Source: Hormiphora californensis (taxonomy: Eukaryota; Animalia; Ctenophora). Taken from it: DNA of 64,000 nucleotides. Positions 1 to 12,169 of this stretch are shown here, one piece after another (the stretch's first letter is position 1; the number at the start of each line of letters is the position of its first letter). The position numbers and the translations under genes are program-made. The notes under the pieces are model-generated. The model worked only from the letters and a program-made list of their open reading frames with translations, searched no databases and was not told the origin of the DNA. Where the stretch lies: assembly GCA_020137815.1 (NCBI GenBank), contig CM035353.1:4898001-4962000 (forward strand). Reading direction: 5' to 3'.

Positions 1-113
1 CTGAAGTTTGAAGTTTTGGGTAAAATTTAGCATTGTGTTTCAGGTGAGAACATAATCTTTCTTGTCTTTGTATTCTGGTAATTTTTCTCCTAGTTTTGAT
101 AGGCTTAAATAAT

Positions 114-331
114 AATTTAGAGCAAAAACTAATTGAAATTAGTTCGCCAGAAAGGTGGCCCATTTTGAACTTACTCCTTCATTTCCGTCACCTTTGAGTT
201 GAGGCTTCAAAGACATTGAGGTATCCGTAAACTTTTCCGCCTTTAACTCAAAGGTGACGGAAATGAAGGAGTAAGTTCAAAATGGGCCACCTTTCTGGCG
301 AACTAATTTCAATTAGTTTTTGCTCTAAATT
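114..331. repeat. Inverted repeat (hairpin), ~87-bp arms, ~44-bp spacer
   Basis: 114-200 is the reverse complement of 245-331. Confidence 0.9.
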
Positions 332-1628
332 TGAACTCTTTTTTGGTCGTTTGAGGTCATTTATGACCTCAAATAACTTAGCAAATCGTCAACTAAAGTG
401 TTTAAATGTAATTCGATGAATCCTGGGTTGTAGGAAACTGATTTGACGAAATTTTCAAAATACGACGTCGTTTTGACGTCGTGACGTCACACGTGACGTC
501 ACGACGACGTGAAATATTATGACAGAATATTTGGCCAATGAAGCACTAAACGTGTGAAAAGTTTTAAAGGCCATGGTAGTCAAGAACTGAAGTTATAGCA
601 TGAAATGTGAGTTTTTATGTGGATTTTCACATCAAATTTTTGAGTTCCGACGCGTTTTAAGGTCTAAAAATGACAAGTTAGAGAAAATCACGATATAGTA
701 TCTGAAAGTTCAGACAATTTGCCACTAACGATTTTCCGTCAAATCAGGAATCAGAATACGTCTTGAGGGTGTTAAAGGTGTTTGAAAATATTTGGTCTGA
801 GATTTTTCAATGACGTCACTACGGTCGTCATAGTGGACATTTTCACTTGAAACCTTAACTAATGCATGCCCCGAACGATTTCCTAACGGATAAAACTTGG
901 TTCAAGTCTCTAGCTAGTATGGTTCGGGCTACAAGTGTTACACAGTGAAGCGTCTATATCTATCTATATATCTATCTATATACCTATCGCCACACTGAAT
1001 TTTCTGTTTTGGGGGTGGTGTCATAACTTGCGACCGGAATGAGCTAGCCACTTCAAATTTTTACCTTCAGTAGAGGTCTATATGAAGCTTCTTAGTACCA
1101 AATTTCAGCCTCCTAGCTCATCTGGTTCCGGAGTTAGGAGGGGTCGAAAAGTGCCAATATGGGCTAAAACTTCAAAATTGTTATATCTACGCTGTTGGCA
1201 AGCGGGCCCACTTTTTCGGGAAAAGTTTTTGGGGGGATGGGATGGGGCCACCTTTGCGCTTGCCAGCGCAGTGATTGATGAGAAAGATTATGAAATCTAC
1301 TAAAATACAAGGATAGTTTCTATCCTAAATTTTATATTTGAGAGAGGATCATATTGTTAGCATTTCAAGGAGTACAACCGCGTTTACAAGGGGACCCCAA
1401 ATGGCCCCCAACTTGAGTGGCTCCCCCTGGGCTCACCTGGGGCCCGTGTGGCGTGTAGGTACCTATGTTTTTTGGGACTCCAATAGCATGCTTGTTACGA
1501 TGTAGTGTTCAAAATAATTAAATAAAATTTGGGTTTTTAGGCCCTTTAAATCAATTTTCGGATGATGATTCAAACAGCTTTTCTCTTCTGCACATGACCC
1601 CCTTCGGAAATATACAGCTGTAGTACGT

Positions 1629-1985
1629 TATATGATTAGATGACTGGTTAAAATGGTCTATTACTTTTTAGTGCACGAGGCCGAAGGCCGAGTGTTCTAA
1701 ATACAACAATAATGAACCGAGACCGACAGGTCGAGGTAGATCCTTTTACTTAGCTGCCGAGCCTGCGAGGCACGCTAAGTGTAACTACCGAGCGAGCCTG
1801 CGAGCTCTGTAGTTGTACTTTTGGGCCGAGCCTGCGAGGCCTAAAAGTGAAAGAATCTTTAACATTATTGTTGTGTAATAGAGCATGTAAAATCAGTCAT
1901 CTAATTTTATTAGATGATTTTGGAAACAAACTGAGTGAACGAGATAAAGATTGAGTGAGAGAGAGAAAGAGAAAGAGAAAGAGAA

Positions 1986-2040
<55 letters not shown>

Positions 2041-2215
2041 TGTGCAGTAGTCACTACTGCATAGTGCACACGCCCTAACCCTTATCTTTTCTTCCCCTCT
2101 GCAACTATAGGTCACGTGATCGTCACGTGATGGCACCACGCCAATGAGCGTCCTGCATCTGCTTTCCCTCTCTGCCTTCTCTCTTTTCCTATCTCTCTCT
2201 CTCACACACACACAC

Positions 2216-2267
<52 letters not shown>

Positions 2268-2313
2268 CTCTCTCCCTCCTCTCTCCTTCTCTATCTCTCT
2301 CTCTCTCTCTTCA

Positions 2314-2402
<89 letters not shown>

Positions 2403-3317
2403 TAATCTTTATCTCGTTCACTCAGTTTGTAATGTTTTGTAATGCTCACACTGTGTGCGTGTGACTAGAAAGTGTCTAATTTTTCACATACCACTGCAAC
2501 GGTATTTTACTTTATAATTACTAGTGTTTTTGCAGTGGTCTAAGTTTTCACAGTACACTGTAACCGGTGGTCACGGTGTACTGTGAAAACTTAGATAACC
2601 GGTTAAAATTGTCTAATATATGATTAGATGACTGGTTAAAATGGTCTATTACTTTTAGTGCACGAGGCCGAAGGCCGAGTGTTCTAAATACAACAATAAT
2701 GAACCGAGACCGATAGGTCGAGGTAGATCCTTTTACTTAGCTGCCGAGCCTGCGAGGCACGCTAAGTGTAACTACTGAGCGAGCCTGCGAGCTCTGTAGT
2801 TGTACTTTTGGGCCGAGCCTGCGAGGCCTAAAAGTGAAAGAATCTTTAACATTATCACACGTTCTAACATTATCACACGTTCTTCCCCTCGGTCGCTTCG
2901 CTCCCTCGTGGAGAACTAGTGATAACCCCCTCCTGCGTCGGGGGTTATCAAATTTCATCCCTGCACTAGCCGGGGTTATCTATATTATATGATTAGATGA
3001 CTGGTTAAAATGGTCTATTACTTTTTAGTGCACGAGGCCGAAGGCCGAGTGTTCTAAATACAACAATAATGAACCGAGACCGATAGGTCGAGGTAGATCC
3101 TTTTACTTAGCTGCCGAGCCTGCGAGGCACGCTAAGTGTAACTACTGAGCGAGCCTGCGAGCTCTGTAGTTGTACTTTTGGGCCGAGCCTGCGAGGCCTA
3201 AAAGTGAAAGAATCTTTAACATTATTGTTGTGTAATAGAGCATGTAAAAGCAGTCATCTAATTTTATTAGATGATTTTGGAAAACAACTGAGTGAACGAG
3301 ATAAAGATTGAGCGAGT

Positions 3318-3407
<90 letters not shown>

Positions 3408-4169
3408 GAGAAGAGAATGTGTGTGAGAGAGAGATAGGGGAAAGAGATAATCGAAGGCAGAGAGGAAAAGCAGATGCAGGACGCTCATTGGGTTGGTGCC
3501 ATCACGTGACGATCACGTGACCTATAGTTGCAGAGGGGAAGAAAAGATAAGGGTTAGGGCGTTATGTGTGACGATCACGTGACCTAGAGAGTTGCAACAT
3601 GGTCGCAGAGGGAAAGAAAAGATAAGCGTGTGCTGTTGCGTGTGCAGTAGTTAGGTCGTGTGTACTGTGTAGTGACGTAATGTTCACACTGTGTGCGTGT
3701 GACTAGAAAGTGTTTAATTTTTCACATACCACTGCAGCGGTATTTTACTTTATAATTACTAGTGTTTTTGCAGTGGTCTAAAATTTCACAGTACACTTTA
3801 ACCACCGGAAACAGTGTACTGTGAAAATTTAGATGACCTGTCAAAATTGTCTAATACTTTTTAGTGCACGAGGCCGAAGGCCGAGTGCTCTAAATACAAC
3901 AATAATGAACCGAGACCGACAGGTCGAGGTAGATCCTTTACTTAGCTGGCCGAGCCTGCGAGCACGCTAAGTGTAACTACTGAGCGAGCCTGCGAGCTCT
4001 GTAGTTGTACTTTTGGGCCGAGCCTGCCGGAGGCCTAAAGTGAAAGAATCTTTAACATTATTGTTGTGTAATAGAGGCATGTAAAAGCAGTCATCTAATT
4101 TTATTAGATGATTTGGAAACAAACTGAGTGAAAGAGATAAGATTGAGTGAGAGAGAGAGAGAAAGAGAA

Positions 4170-4218
<49 letters not shown>

Positions 4219-4421
4219 TGTGCAGTAGTCACTACTGCACAGTGCACACGCCCCTAACCCTTATCTTTTCTTCCCCTCTGCAACTATAGGTCACGTGATC
4301 GTCACGTGATGGCACCACACCAATGAGCGTCCTGCATCTGCTTTCCCTCTCTGCCTTCGATTCTCTCTTTTCCTATCTCTCTCTCTCACACACACACACA
4401 CACATTCTCTTTCTCTCTCTC

Positions 4422-4469
<48 letters not shown>

Positions 4470-4603
4470 CACATACCACTGCAGCGGTATTTTACTTTAT
4501 AATTACTAGTGTTTTTGCAGTGGTCTAAAATTTCACAGTACACTTTAACCACCGGAAACGGTGTACTGTGAAAACTTAGATAACCGGTTAAAATTGTCTA
4601 ATA
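1629..4603. mobile_element. Tandem array of about 4 copies of a non-autonomous repeat containing (GA)n/(TC)n tracts and internal palindromes
   Basis: A ~230-bp head (gattagatgactggttaaaatgg...cgaggccgaaggccgag...) recurs at ~1629, ~2617, ~2985 and, without its first bases, ~3855. The tail ttagataaccggttaaaattgtctaata occurs at ~2591 and ~4576. Confidence 0.8.
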
Positions 4604-5087
4604 TGTTTTAACATGTTTCAACTTCAGGCCTACATATTCCGATATATCAGGATCACAACCAAGTTGGCGATATGATTTGCTGTAGGGTACGTTATAAGAG
4701 ATCCCTTATTTTTGTCCGATCGGGTCAGATACTCAGATAGGTTATACATTGTGTGTGACAGGCGCAGTGGGAGCTTGTCTCATGTCATTGCCTGGCTAAG
4801 CTATGTGTCAGCACGTTTATCGGGAGTTACCCTGTGTCACGCTTGTCGGCACTTCGACCAACCTAAACTATAGCATTGAGCGGCCTGGGAAACACAGAGA
4901 GATCATGAATTAGTATGATTTTCTGGAACTTTCATCTGAAATCTGAACTTTCATACCTTGAAGCTCATCAACAATTAAAACTTAAATTGAGTAACTGTAA
5001 ATCAAAGGGGGGATGAGGGGTAACCTCGTCTCTCGCTAGCTTTTGTCAACAAGCTATTCGGGAGTGGAAACTATATCCCTATTATAG

Positions 5088-5224
5088 GGAGTCCAAAGCT
5101 GTGAGATAATGTGACAACGATTTCTTTAGATTCAGTTTAAAAGATCATCGGTTATAACCGCGGATGATCGTTTAAACTGAATCTAAAGAAATCGTTGTCA
5201 CATTATCTCACAGCTTCGGACTCC
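5088..5224. repeat. Near-perfect palindrome, ~62-bp arms
   Basis: ggagtccaaagctgtgagataatg...cattatctcacagcttcggactcc. Confidence 0.85.
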
Positions 5225-5619
5225 TGCTATACTAGGAGCATAAAAGTCAGACATGATGTTACCCTCCTCCCCCCCCCCCCCCCCCCGGTGATTTGTGTCT
5301 ACTAAAGCTGGGTCGCTAATAAAATTTTAATAACTCTACCACCTTGCTTCCACTAATACTATTTATCGTTGGTGACATAGACACCGTGCGCGACCAAGAT
5401 TGAGCTCACATCTCGCACGCACTAGGTGTCAATGTCACCAATATTTATCGTACATCATGGTACCATTTACCATACCAACAACAACTTTTTATTGGCTAGG
5501 TTTTGAAACGACTCTTTATATTTGCTAGATTCTGACAAGTTTTAATATAGGATCATGAAATAACTGCGAGCAAGTTGTCAGAGAGAGGGGCAATGAACTG
5601 TAATGATAATTGTCAATTG

Positions 5620-5621
<2 letters not shown>

Positions 5622-5702
<81 letters not shown>

Positions 5703-5703
5703 T

Positions 5704-5777
<74 letters not shown>
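5622..5777 (+). repeat. (GA)n microsatellite
   Basis: Read directly from the sequence. Confidence 0.97.
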
Positions 5778-5782
<5 letters not shown>

Positions 5783-6196
5783 TCTCCACAAGCGTGTGGG
5801 ACAAATTTGATGAGTTTAGATGTTTTCTATCACACCATTTCTCAAAACATACTTTCTCTCTGGAAGAGTCTTCACCGCTCTTCTCCTCTCAACTCTCTCC
5901 CCGTAACTACGATCAGGCTCAATTAGATACACTCTCTTATAATTCTCAGTTGCCTCCTTTCAGTTTGTTGTCACAGTTGTCTTACAATTATACCGATATC
6001 AGGACTCAGAGTTTAGATATCGTTGCACAATAAGGTTGCTTGGCGTGAAAATTATCTCATATTGTTCTCATATTATCTCATATTGTTCTCATATTATCTC
6101 ATATTGTGAAGAATTGTCTAATATTGTTTCAATCAGACAACTATTTTCGGTTGTTTAGTATTCCTCCAATAACTTTCAAATTCAAACAGTGAAGTT

Positions 6197-6835
6197 ATGG
6201 AGAGTAACTTGTCAGCATCCTTCTACTATCACATCCCCGCATCCCCTGTGGAACGTGGATTCCTGGGTATGTGGATGTCCACTATTTCCCTGTTTTCTCT
6301 GCTAGGAAACAGCTTCGTCCTCCACTCCTCCATCAACCACAACTCCATCAACCTCGACCATATTTCAGTGTTTCTAATTCGGAATATTGCCCTCGTTGAT
6401 TTGGTGATGGTGGGCATTATTTTGATTAACCTCAGCTCAGTTATAGCAGGAGAGTGGGTGTTAGGAAGTGGGGTGTGCGATGTAGCGAGTTTCGTCACCA
6501 TCTACCTGGGTATATGTGAGATTATGTCAATCTGTGCCCTGAATATCTCCAAAATTACCCTCCTCCTAAACCCCCTTCGAGCAAGGAGACGCAGTGCTGT
6601 TACTGGGAAACGGCTCTGTATAGGCATGTGGATAATACCCCTCTTCCAGGTGATACCAGCCTATATTTTCGGAAGAAAACAAGAATTCCGGGTCACATAC
6701 TACAAGTGTGAGGGGTACTTTGATGACGATGCCAGATCCCTTCTATTTCCCAAGATATCCGGTTTTCTCTTCCTCATCCTCCCAATGTTGAACATTTTCA
6801 ATGAAACTATCATAATTTTGGTGTGCAGACTTTAG
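6197..6835 (+). pseudogene. Intronless class A (rhodopsin-like) GPCR, truncated around TM5
   Basis: TM1 GN motif (SLLGNSFV), TM2 NIALVD, EL1 W..G..VC, TM3, TM4 W..P, EL2 Cys and TM5 FLILP are present. TM6/7 are absent, and the ORF ends inside a repeat starting at 6820. Confidence 0.8.
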
Positions 6836-7286
6836 TACTACACTCTATGTCTAAAGAGGACTCTATATCTAAATTTAGATCTCTATTATAATTTGGAGAT
6901 GAACGTCGAAGTCGAAGTCGTTCGTTCAGCGGTATCTAAGCGACAGGCTGCTCCTTCATAAAATACTTCATGTGCCCAAAGCTGTAAAGCTGTTGCTCAC
7001 ACTTTTGGAACTTCCAGTGGAAGTTTGTTGATATTTTCGAATAAATTTTAACATGCCAGTCCCTATAGTTACCAATTCAGTTGCCATGACAACCGTGTTA
7101 TTGACGTTGAGAGGGCGAAAAGAACCACCCGGCGAAGCCGGGTGGGTTATCAAAAGGCCTTACTAGTTTAGATAAAGAGTCCAAATAATTATAAACTCTA
7201 GGAGGACTCTTTATCTAAAAAGTCTACACAGGGCGGACTCTTTATCTAAAAAGTCTAACCATAGTGTACTCTATATCTACATGAGG

Positions 7287-7473
7287 CATAAACTCTGGCC
7301 ACTGGCGCGTTATTTCAGATAACTTTCTCCCAGCGCGCCGCTGGGAGAAGTTAGCTGGAGTTTATCCGCCGCTGGCGGATAAACTGGTTTAAATCACGAC
7401 GACGATCCCGAGGCGGAGCCGAGGGAGAGGCGGAGGGGTTTAAACCAATAACGTGCCAGTGGTCAGAGTTTAT
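7287..7473. repeat. Inverted-repeat module within a nested non-autonomous element (~7280-7960)
   Basis: cataaactctggccactggcgcgttatt pairs with aataacgtgccagtggtcagagtttatg. Confidence 0.65.
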
Positions 7474-7981
7474 GGGTTATATACCCTGCTTTAGTTGTTT
7501 ATTTGAAGTATTACACACCAACAAGAGAGAGAACACTAATCAAAACACACAAAGAGAACTGAGAAATAGTTAAAAACACCTCACAATTGAGTGTACACTG
7601 TTTGGTAACAGTTACTAAGCAGTTGCTAAGGAAAGAGAGTGAAAGAAATAGCCTGATAAGGGGCATGTCACACATAACACAGAGGAAGAGATAGTGAGAC
7701 AAAAGGGGAGATAAAGAGAGAGTAATTGACGGAATGTGTCCTTTCTTTCTCTCCAATGTAGTGTGTAAGTGTTGCACATAATGTTCCCTCTGTATTTTAG
7801 TAAGAACTGATCATTTACACACACTTTGAATGTTACATAGGAGTTCAAAATAAATAACCTGCCAGTGGGAAATAATCTGCCGCTGGACTGGCTGTTTATT
7901 GAGAGCGCGCTAGTGGGACTTCTCGCCACTGGCGGGTTATTTAAGTTAGCAGGGTATATATAAATATAAATTAGATATAGA

Positions 7982-8625
7982 TAGTAGGGTCGGTTGTGGG
8001 AAGTTGGGTCTGGAATTTTAAATTTGACTTGCTGATATGATTAGGGACTCTATAAAAAGTCCAAAGTACCATCCCACAGGTCTCTACCACCCCCGGTTCA
8101 CTAATTAGTCGTAATTATGTGATTTATGACGTTATCGCCAATTAGCACTAATGATACCAGTTCCTGGTCACTTAGAGCTTAGATTTTGATACCAGCTGAT
8201 AGAGGATCACTAGATTAGTGCCGTGGGCATTCAAAATTTTAGGTCAATCGGAATTATGGTCGAGGAGTAATAACCATTTTTCCGTTTGGCTGGCGGTTGG
8301 CTGGCACCACGTGGGATTACGGGTTTAGGTCGTTGTGGGAGGTCGTCATTGGTCGTGTTCGATCGGGCTCGATGAGGTGATCAAAACCTAGTGGGGCCGG
8401 GCCAGACCTTGGCCCCACCCCGTTCTTGGGTTATTAGGCTTTTTCGGTTTTGGCGGTAAAATATTTTGGCAATAACGTCATAAATCACATAATTACGACT
8501 AATTAGTGAACCGGGGGTGGTAGAGACCTGTGGGATGGTACTTTGGACTTTGTATAGAGTCCCTAATCATATCAGCAAGTCAAATTTAAAATTCCAGACC
8601 CAACTTCCCACAACCGACCCTACTA
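7982..8625. mobile_element. MITE with ~160-bp TIRs, TAGT...ACTA termini and a 3-bp TSD (Academ-like)
   Basis: TIRs at 7982-~8141 and ~8468-8625, with AGA on both sides. The empty site tatAGAgtcc is present in the host copy at ~15670. Confidence 0.8.
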
Positions 8626-9225
8626 AGAGTCTGCTTTTCGCCGCGAACTCGAGATTTCGGCCGTCAGGCCGGAAACGAGAGTTTGCTCTACCCCTATACT
8701 AATTTAGAAGTGTTAGGGCCGTTATTTGGGTTCGAGGTTAGGGTTAGGGTTAGGGTTAGGGTGGTGGTTAGGGCGGTGGTTAGGGTGATGGTTAGGGGAG
8801 TCACCCCTCCCTGCCGACGGACCTCCCTGCCGACGGGTCGGCATGGAGGTCATTCGGCAGGGAGGGCGGGTACCGTCCCATTACGGTAATGCGTTACCGT
8901 TTCAGAAACGGCGTTTCTCCACTACAACCGGCTGTGTTACCATTGCTGCATCTCTGCTCTCTCGATATTGGATGTCAGGAAAGAAACGTACACTGAAATT
9001 TTGGATTCTACATTTCCATGATTTCGTGACAAGACACACACTGAAGTTTATCGTGCGTATTGAGATCTTAACTTTGTGACACGCACTGAAGTTCGAAGTT
9101 TCGCGTATAACACTCTGTCAGGGGGGAGACACACTGAGGTTGGTCGCGCGCGTTCAACTCTCAACCGCGTGAAACACACTGAAGGGCGCGCACAGACTGT
9201 TCATGCGTGATCATGTCCATGCGTG

Positions 9226-10473
9226 ACTAGAGCTACCAGTACGCCCACTAGACAAAACAACCAAAGAAACTCTTAGGAAAGACTACGAGACAACAATAGA
9301 CTGGGATACAGGTACACTAGATGAGGAGGACAAAAATGCGTTAACGGTATACACGGATGGATCAAAAAATGAATCTAATCAAACGGGACTAGGAGCACAT
9401 TCCAAAGCTACGGAGCTTACACAAGAAATCGTTATCTCAGAAAGACTACCTAATTACAGCACAGTCTTCCAAGCCGAAGTAACAGCGATTAAAAGAGTAG
9501 CAGAGGAACTTAACAACAATGGGACACGAAACCACCACATTCACATCAGATCAGATTCAGCCGCCAGTATAAGCGCACTGAGCAAATTGACCTCAGATTC
9601 CTTAACAATTAAGGAATGTAACGCGGAACTCAACCAACTAGCACAAAACAATACGGTGAAAATAAAATGGGTCAAAGCACATATCGGCATCCAAGGCAAC
9701 GAGATAGCCGACCAACTTGCCAAAGAAGGATGCAGCAAACCAACCAGTGAAACCAGACAAATACCAATCCCACACAGCTATATTAAAAACTCTACGGCGA
9801 AAATAGCCAAAACAAAAACCATGAACCAATTTCTAGCAAATGGAGGGAAGCACGCAAGAACCCTAATAACGAATGAATCAACATGGAACTCACTAACAAA
9901 AAAGATGGCAATGTACGCCAATCAAAGGAAAAAATATAGAACCATATTACATCTCATCACAAACATAGGGCCGTTTAATTACTACCTCAAGATTGGCAAA
10001 TCCAACACTGACATATGCAGCCTATGCACTAAAACAAAAGAAAATGCGAAACACCTAATATGTGAATGTGAAATCCTGGTAACGGAGAGAATGAGACTAA
10101 GCGGCATAACCACCTTCAAAGACCTAGGCAAAACTATAATAAACCACACCGCGGTAGCCATCAAGCTAATCGAGAAAGCAAATAAACTCAAGAACCAAGA
10201 GAAAGATTAGAAGAACTCATCCCCACCCGTCGCAGTGACATAGAGCCAAAGATCCAAGACTCAGAGGGAAGAAGAATCAATATCCTGCGACTCTCGAAGG
10301 AGTTTACCCACCCGAACCCGAAGCCACCTATAATGGAACCTGTCCTGTGGGCAGTTCCTGATGGAGGGGGAGGGGAGGGGGGCTATTCTCCTAGTGCCGG
10401 CGATATCGCTTTGCGATAGTCCCCTGTGGGCTTGCCGTTGGCAAGCCCAGGCACTCCGTAGATAGATAGATAG
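9226..10473 (+). mobile_element. 5'-truncated non-LTR retrotransposon with RNase H (I/R1/LOA-like), (TAGA)n tail and 13-bp TSD
   Basis: TSD atgtccatgcgtg at 9213-9225 and 10474-10486. RNase H and CCHC coding sequence is followed by a 3' UTR and a TAGA tail. Confidence 0.92.
9227..10210 (+). CDS. C-terminal part of LINE ORF2: RNase H plus CCHC zinc finger (no start codon, 5' truncated)
   Basis: The frame is open from 9227 and contains YTDGSK, TVFQAEVTAI, IRSDS, WVKAHIGIQGNEIADQLAK and CSLC..ENAKHLICEC. Confidence 0.9.
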   Translation, partial: LELPVRPLDKTTKETLRKDYETTIDWDTGTLDEEDKNALTVYTDGSKNESNQTGLGAHSKATELTQEIVISERLPNYSTVFQAEVTAIKRVAEELNNNGTRNHHIHIRSDSAASISALSKLTSDSLTIKECNAELNQLAQNNTVKIKWVKAHIGIQGNEIADQLAKEGCSKPTSETRQIPIPHSYIKNSTAKIAKTKTMNQFLANGGKHARTLITNESTWNSLTKKMAMYANQRKKYRTILHLITNIGPFNYYLKIGKSNTDICSLCTKTKENAKHLICECEILVTERMRLSGITTFKDLGKTIINHTAVAIKLIEKANKLKNQEKD

Positions 10474-12169
10474 ATGTCCATGCGTGGACAAGATTTTGAT
10501 CAAGTCACGCAGACTGTTCAAGCTTGATCATCTGATCAAGCTTGGACAGTAAAAACTGAAACTTATTCATATCAGCAAAAACCACTGTACCCGACTAATT
10601 TTGATACTCTGAATCACGTAAGCTAGTTTTCAAATCCGTCAGAGGTCAGGAAAGTGTTCTAATTGGGCATAATTGGGTCTAATTGACCCCACTTAAAACT
10701 TGTCACCTGGAAATAATAGACGCTTATGTGAGGGCGCTTTCCGACTAATTTTGATACGCTGAATCACATAAACAACTTTTCCACGCCCCCAGAGGTCGGG
10801 AAAGTGTATAATTGGATCTAATTGACCTTAATTGCTCAATTAGGGCATTTCCCGACCTCTGGGGGCTTGGAAAAGTTGCTTATGTGATTCAGCGTATCAA
10901 AATTAGTCGGAAAAGTGCCCTCACATCATTTCCAGGTGATAAGTTGTAAGTGGGGTCAATTAGACCCAATTATGCCCAATTAGGACACTTTCCCGACCTC
11001 CGAAGGATTTGAAAACTAGCTTACGTGATTCAGAGTATCAAAATTAGTCGGGTACAGTGGTTTTTGCTTTGATATGAATAAGTTTCAGTTTTTACTGTCC
11101 AAGCTTGATCAGATGATCAAGCTTGAACAGTCTGCGTGACTTGATCAAAATCTTGTCCACGCATGGACATGATCACGCATGAACAGTCTGTGCGCGCCCG
11201 AAGTTTCGCGGTTTGAAGTTTCGCGGAAAAGTTCGAAGTTTCGCGAAACCCCATTTTCGGCTGAGAAATCATTTGTAAGGCGCTAACTTATTTACTGGTA
11301 CATCTCTCGAGGTGTCCTTTGTCCATACCGAGTCAATTTCACCGTTTTTAAAATTTTTGGTGAATTGGGACAACTGTGACCGGATTAGCCAAAAATTTCA
11401 AAAACGGTGAAATTGACTCGGTATGGATAAAGGACACCTCGAGAAATGTACCGGTAAGTAAGTTAGCATCTTACAAATGATTTCTCAGCCGAAAATTGGT
11501 TTTCGCGAAACTTCGAACTTCGAACTTCAGTGTGTGTCGCGAGGTTGAGATTTGAACGAGCGCGCTCAACTTCAGTGTGTCTCCCCCTATGATCATTGTC
11601 AGCTGACAAGGAACACGCACTCATGCTCAGTGTGTCTGCTCTCGCATTGTAAACCCGACCAGGAGAAGATAAAAACGATATATTTATCATAAATTGAAAG
11701 GCATAAGTCGGATTCATAGTACAGCTATAAGATATCTTTATAATTCTCTATATTATATATTCGACGGTCATGTCACACTACTTCACATGTCACATTATAT
11801 TGAATCATAGATTATATAGATAGCGCAACTCGACCATAAAAACAATTCGTCAAATTCTACGGTCAGATCTATACAGAGAAAATACCTATCAATTTTCAAT
11901 TCTCAATCTGGGTCGGCACCACCAGACATGTTTCTCTACAACCCCAGCTTCTCTTTTTTTACTTCTCTTTATAAAAAAGTTTCGTACCATTGTAATATCG
12001 AGAGCACAAATATAACACATACACTCAATCAGAAATGTCCCTGCGGCACAATAAAACCGCCATTCTTAAATCCCTACCCTCTAGCACTTCACTACGTTGC
12101 CGTTACGCGTCACATATCACTCGATCTGGGTAGCTGCTGGGGGTCCAAACAGTGGACACACCAGTCTGA

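Larger units (their letters stand above)
6820..8800 (+). mobile_element. Non-autonomous element of the 'ggactctttatctaaa' family with a (TTAGGG)n tract, carrying nested insertions
   Basis: Pieces ~6820-6885, ~7168-7281, ~7960-7981 and 8626-8760 are collinear with the uninterrupted copy at 15482-15910. Confidence 0.75.
9080..11590. mobile_element. Compound foldback element (nested palindromes) interrupted by a LINE
   Basis: 9185-9225 plus 10487-10810 is mirrored by ~10845-11200. A second palindrome spans ~11229-11520, and outer arms ~9120-9184 pair with ~11525-11586. Confidence 0.8.

Noticed and set aside
1897-6033. ORFs rich in LSLS/ERER (also at 17070-17944, 19201-20697 and 47330-47696)
   Set aside because: These are translations of (GA)n/(TC)n microsatellites.
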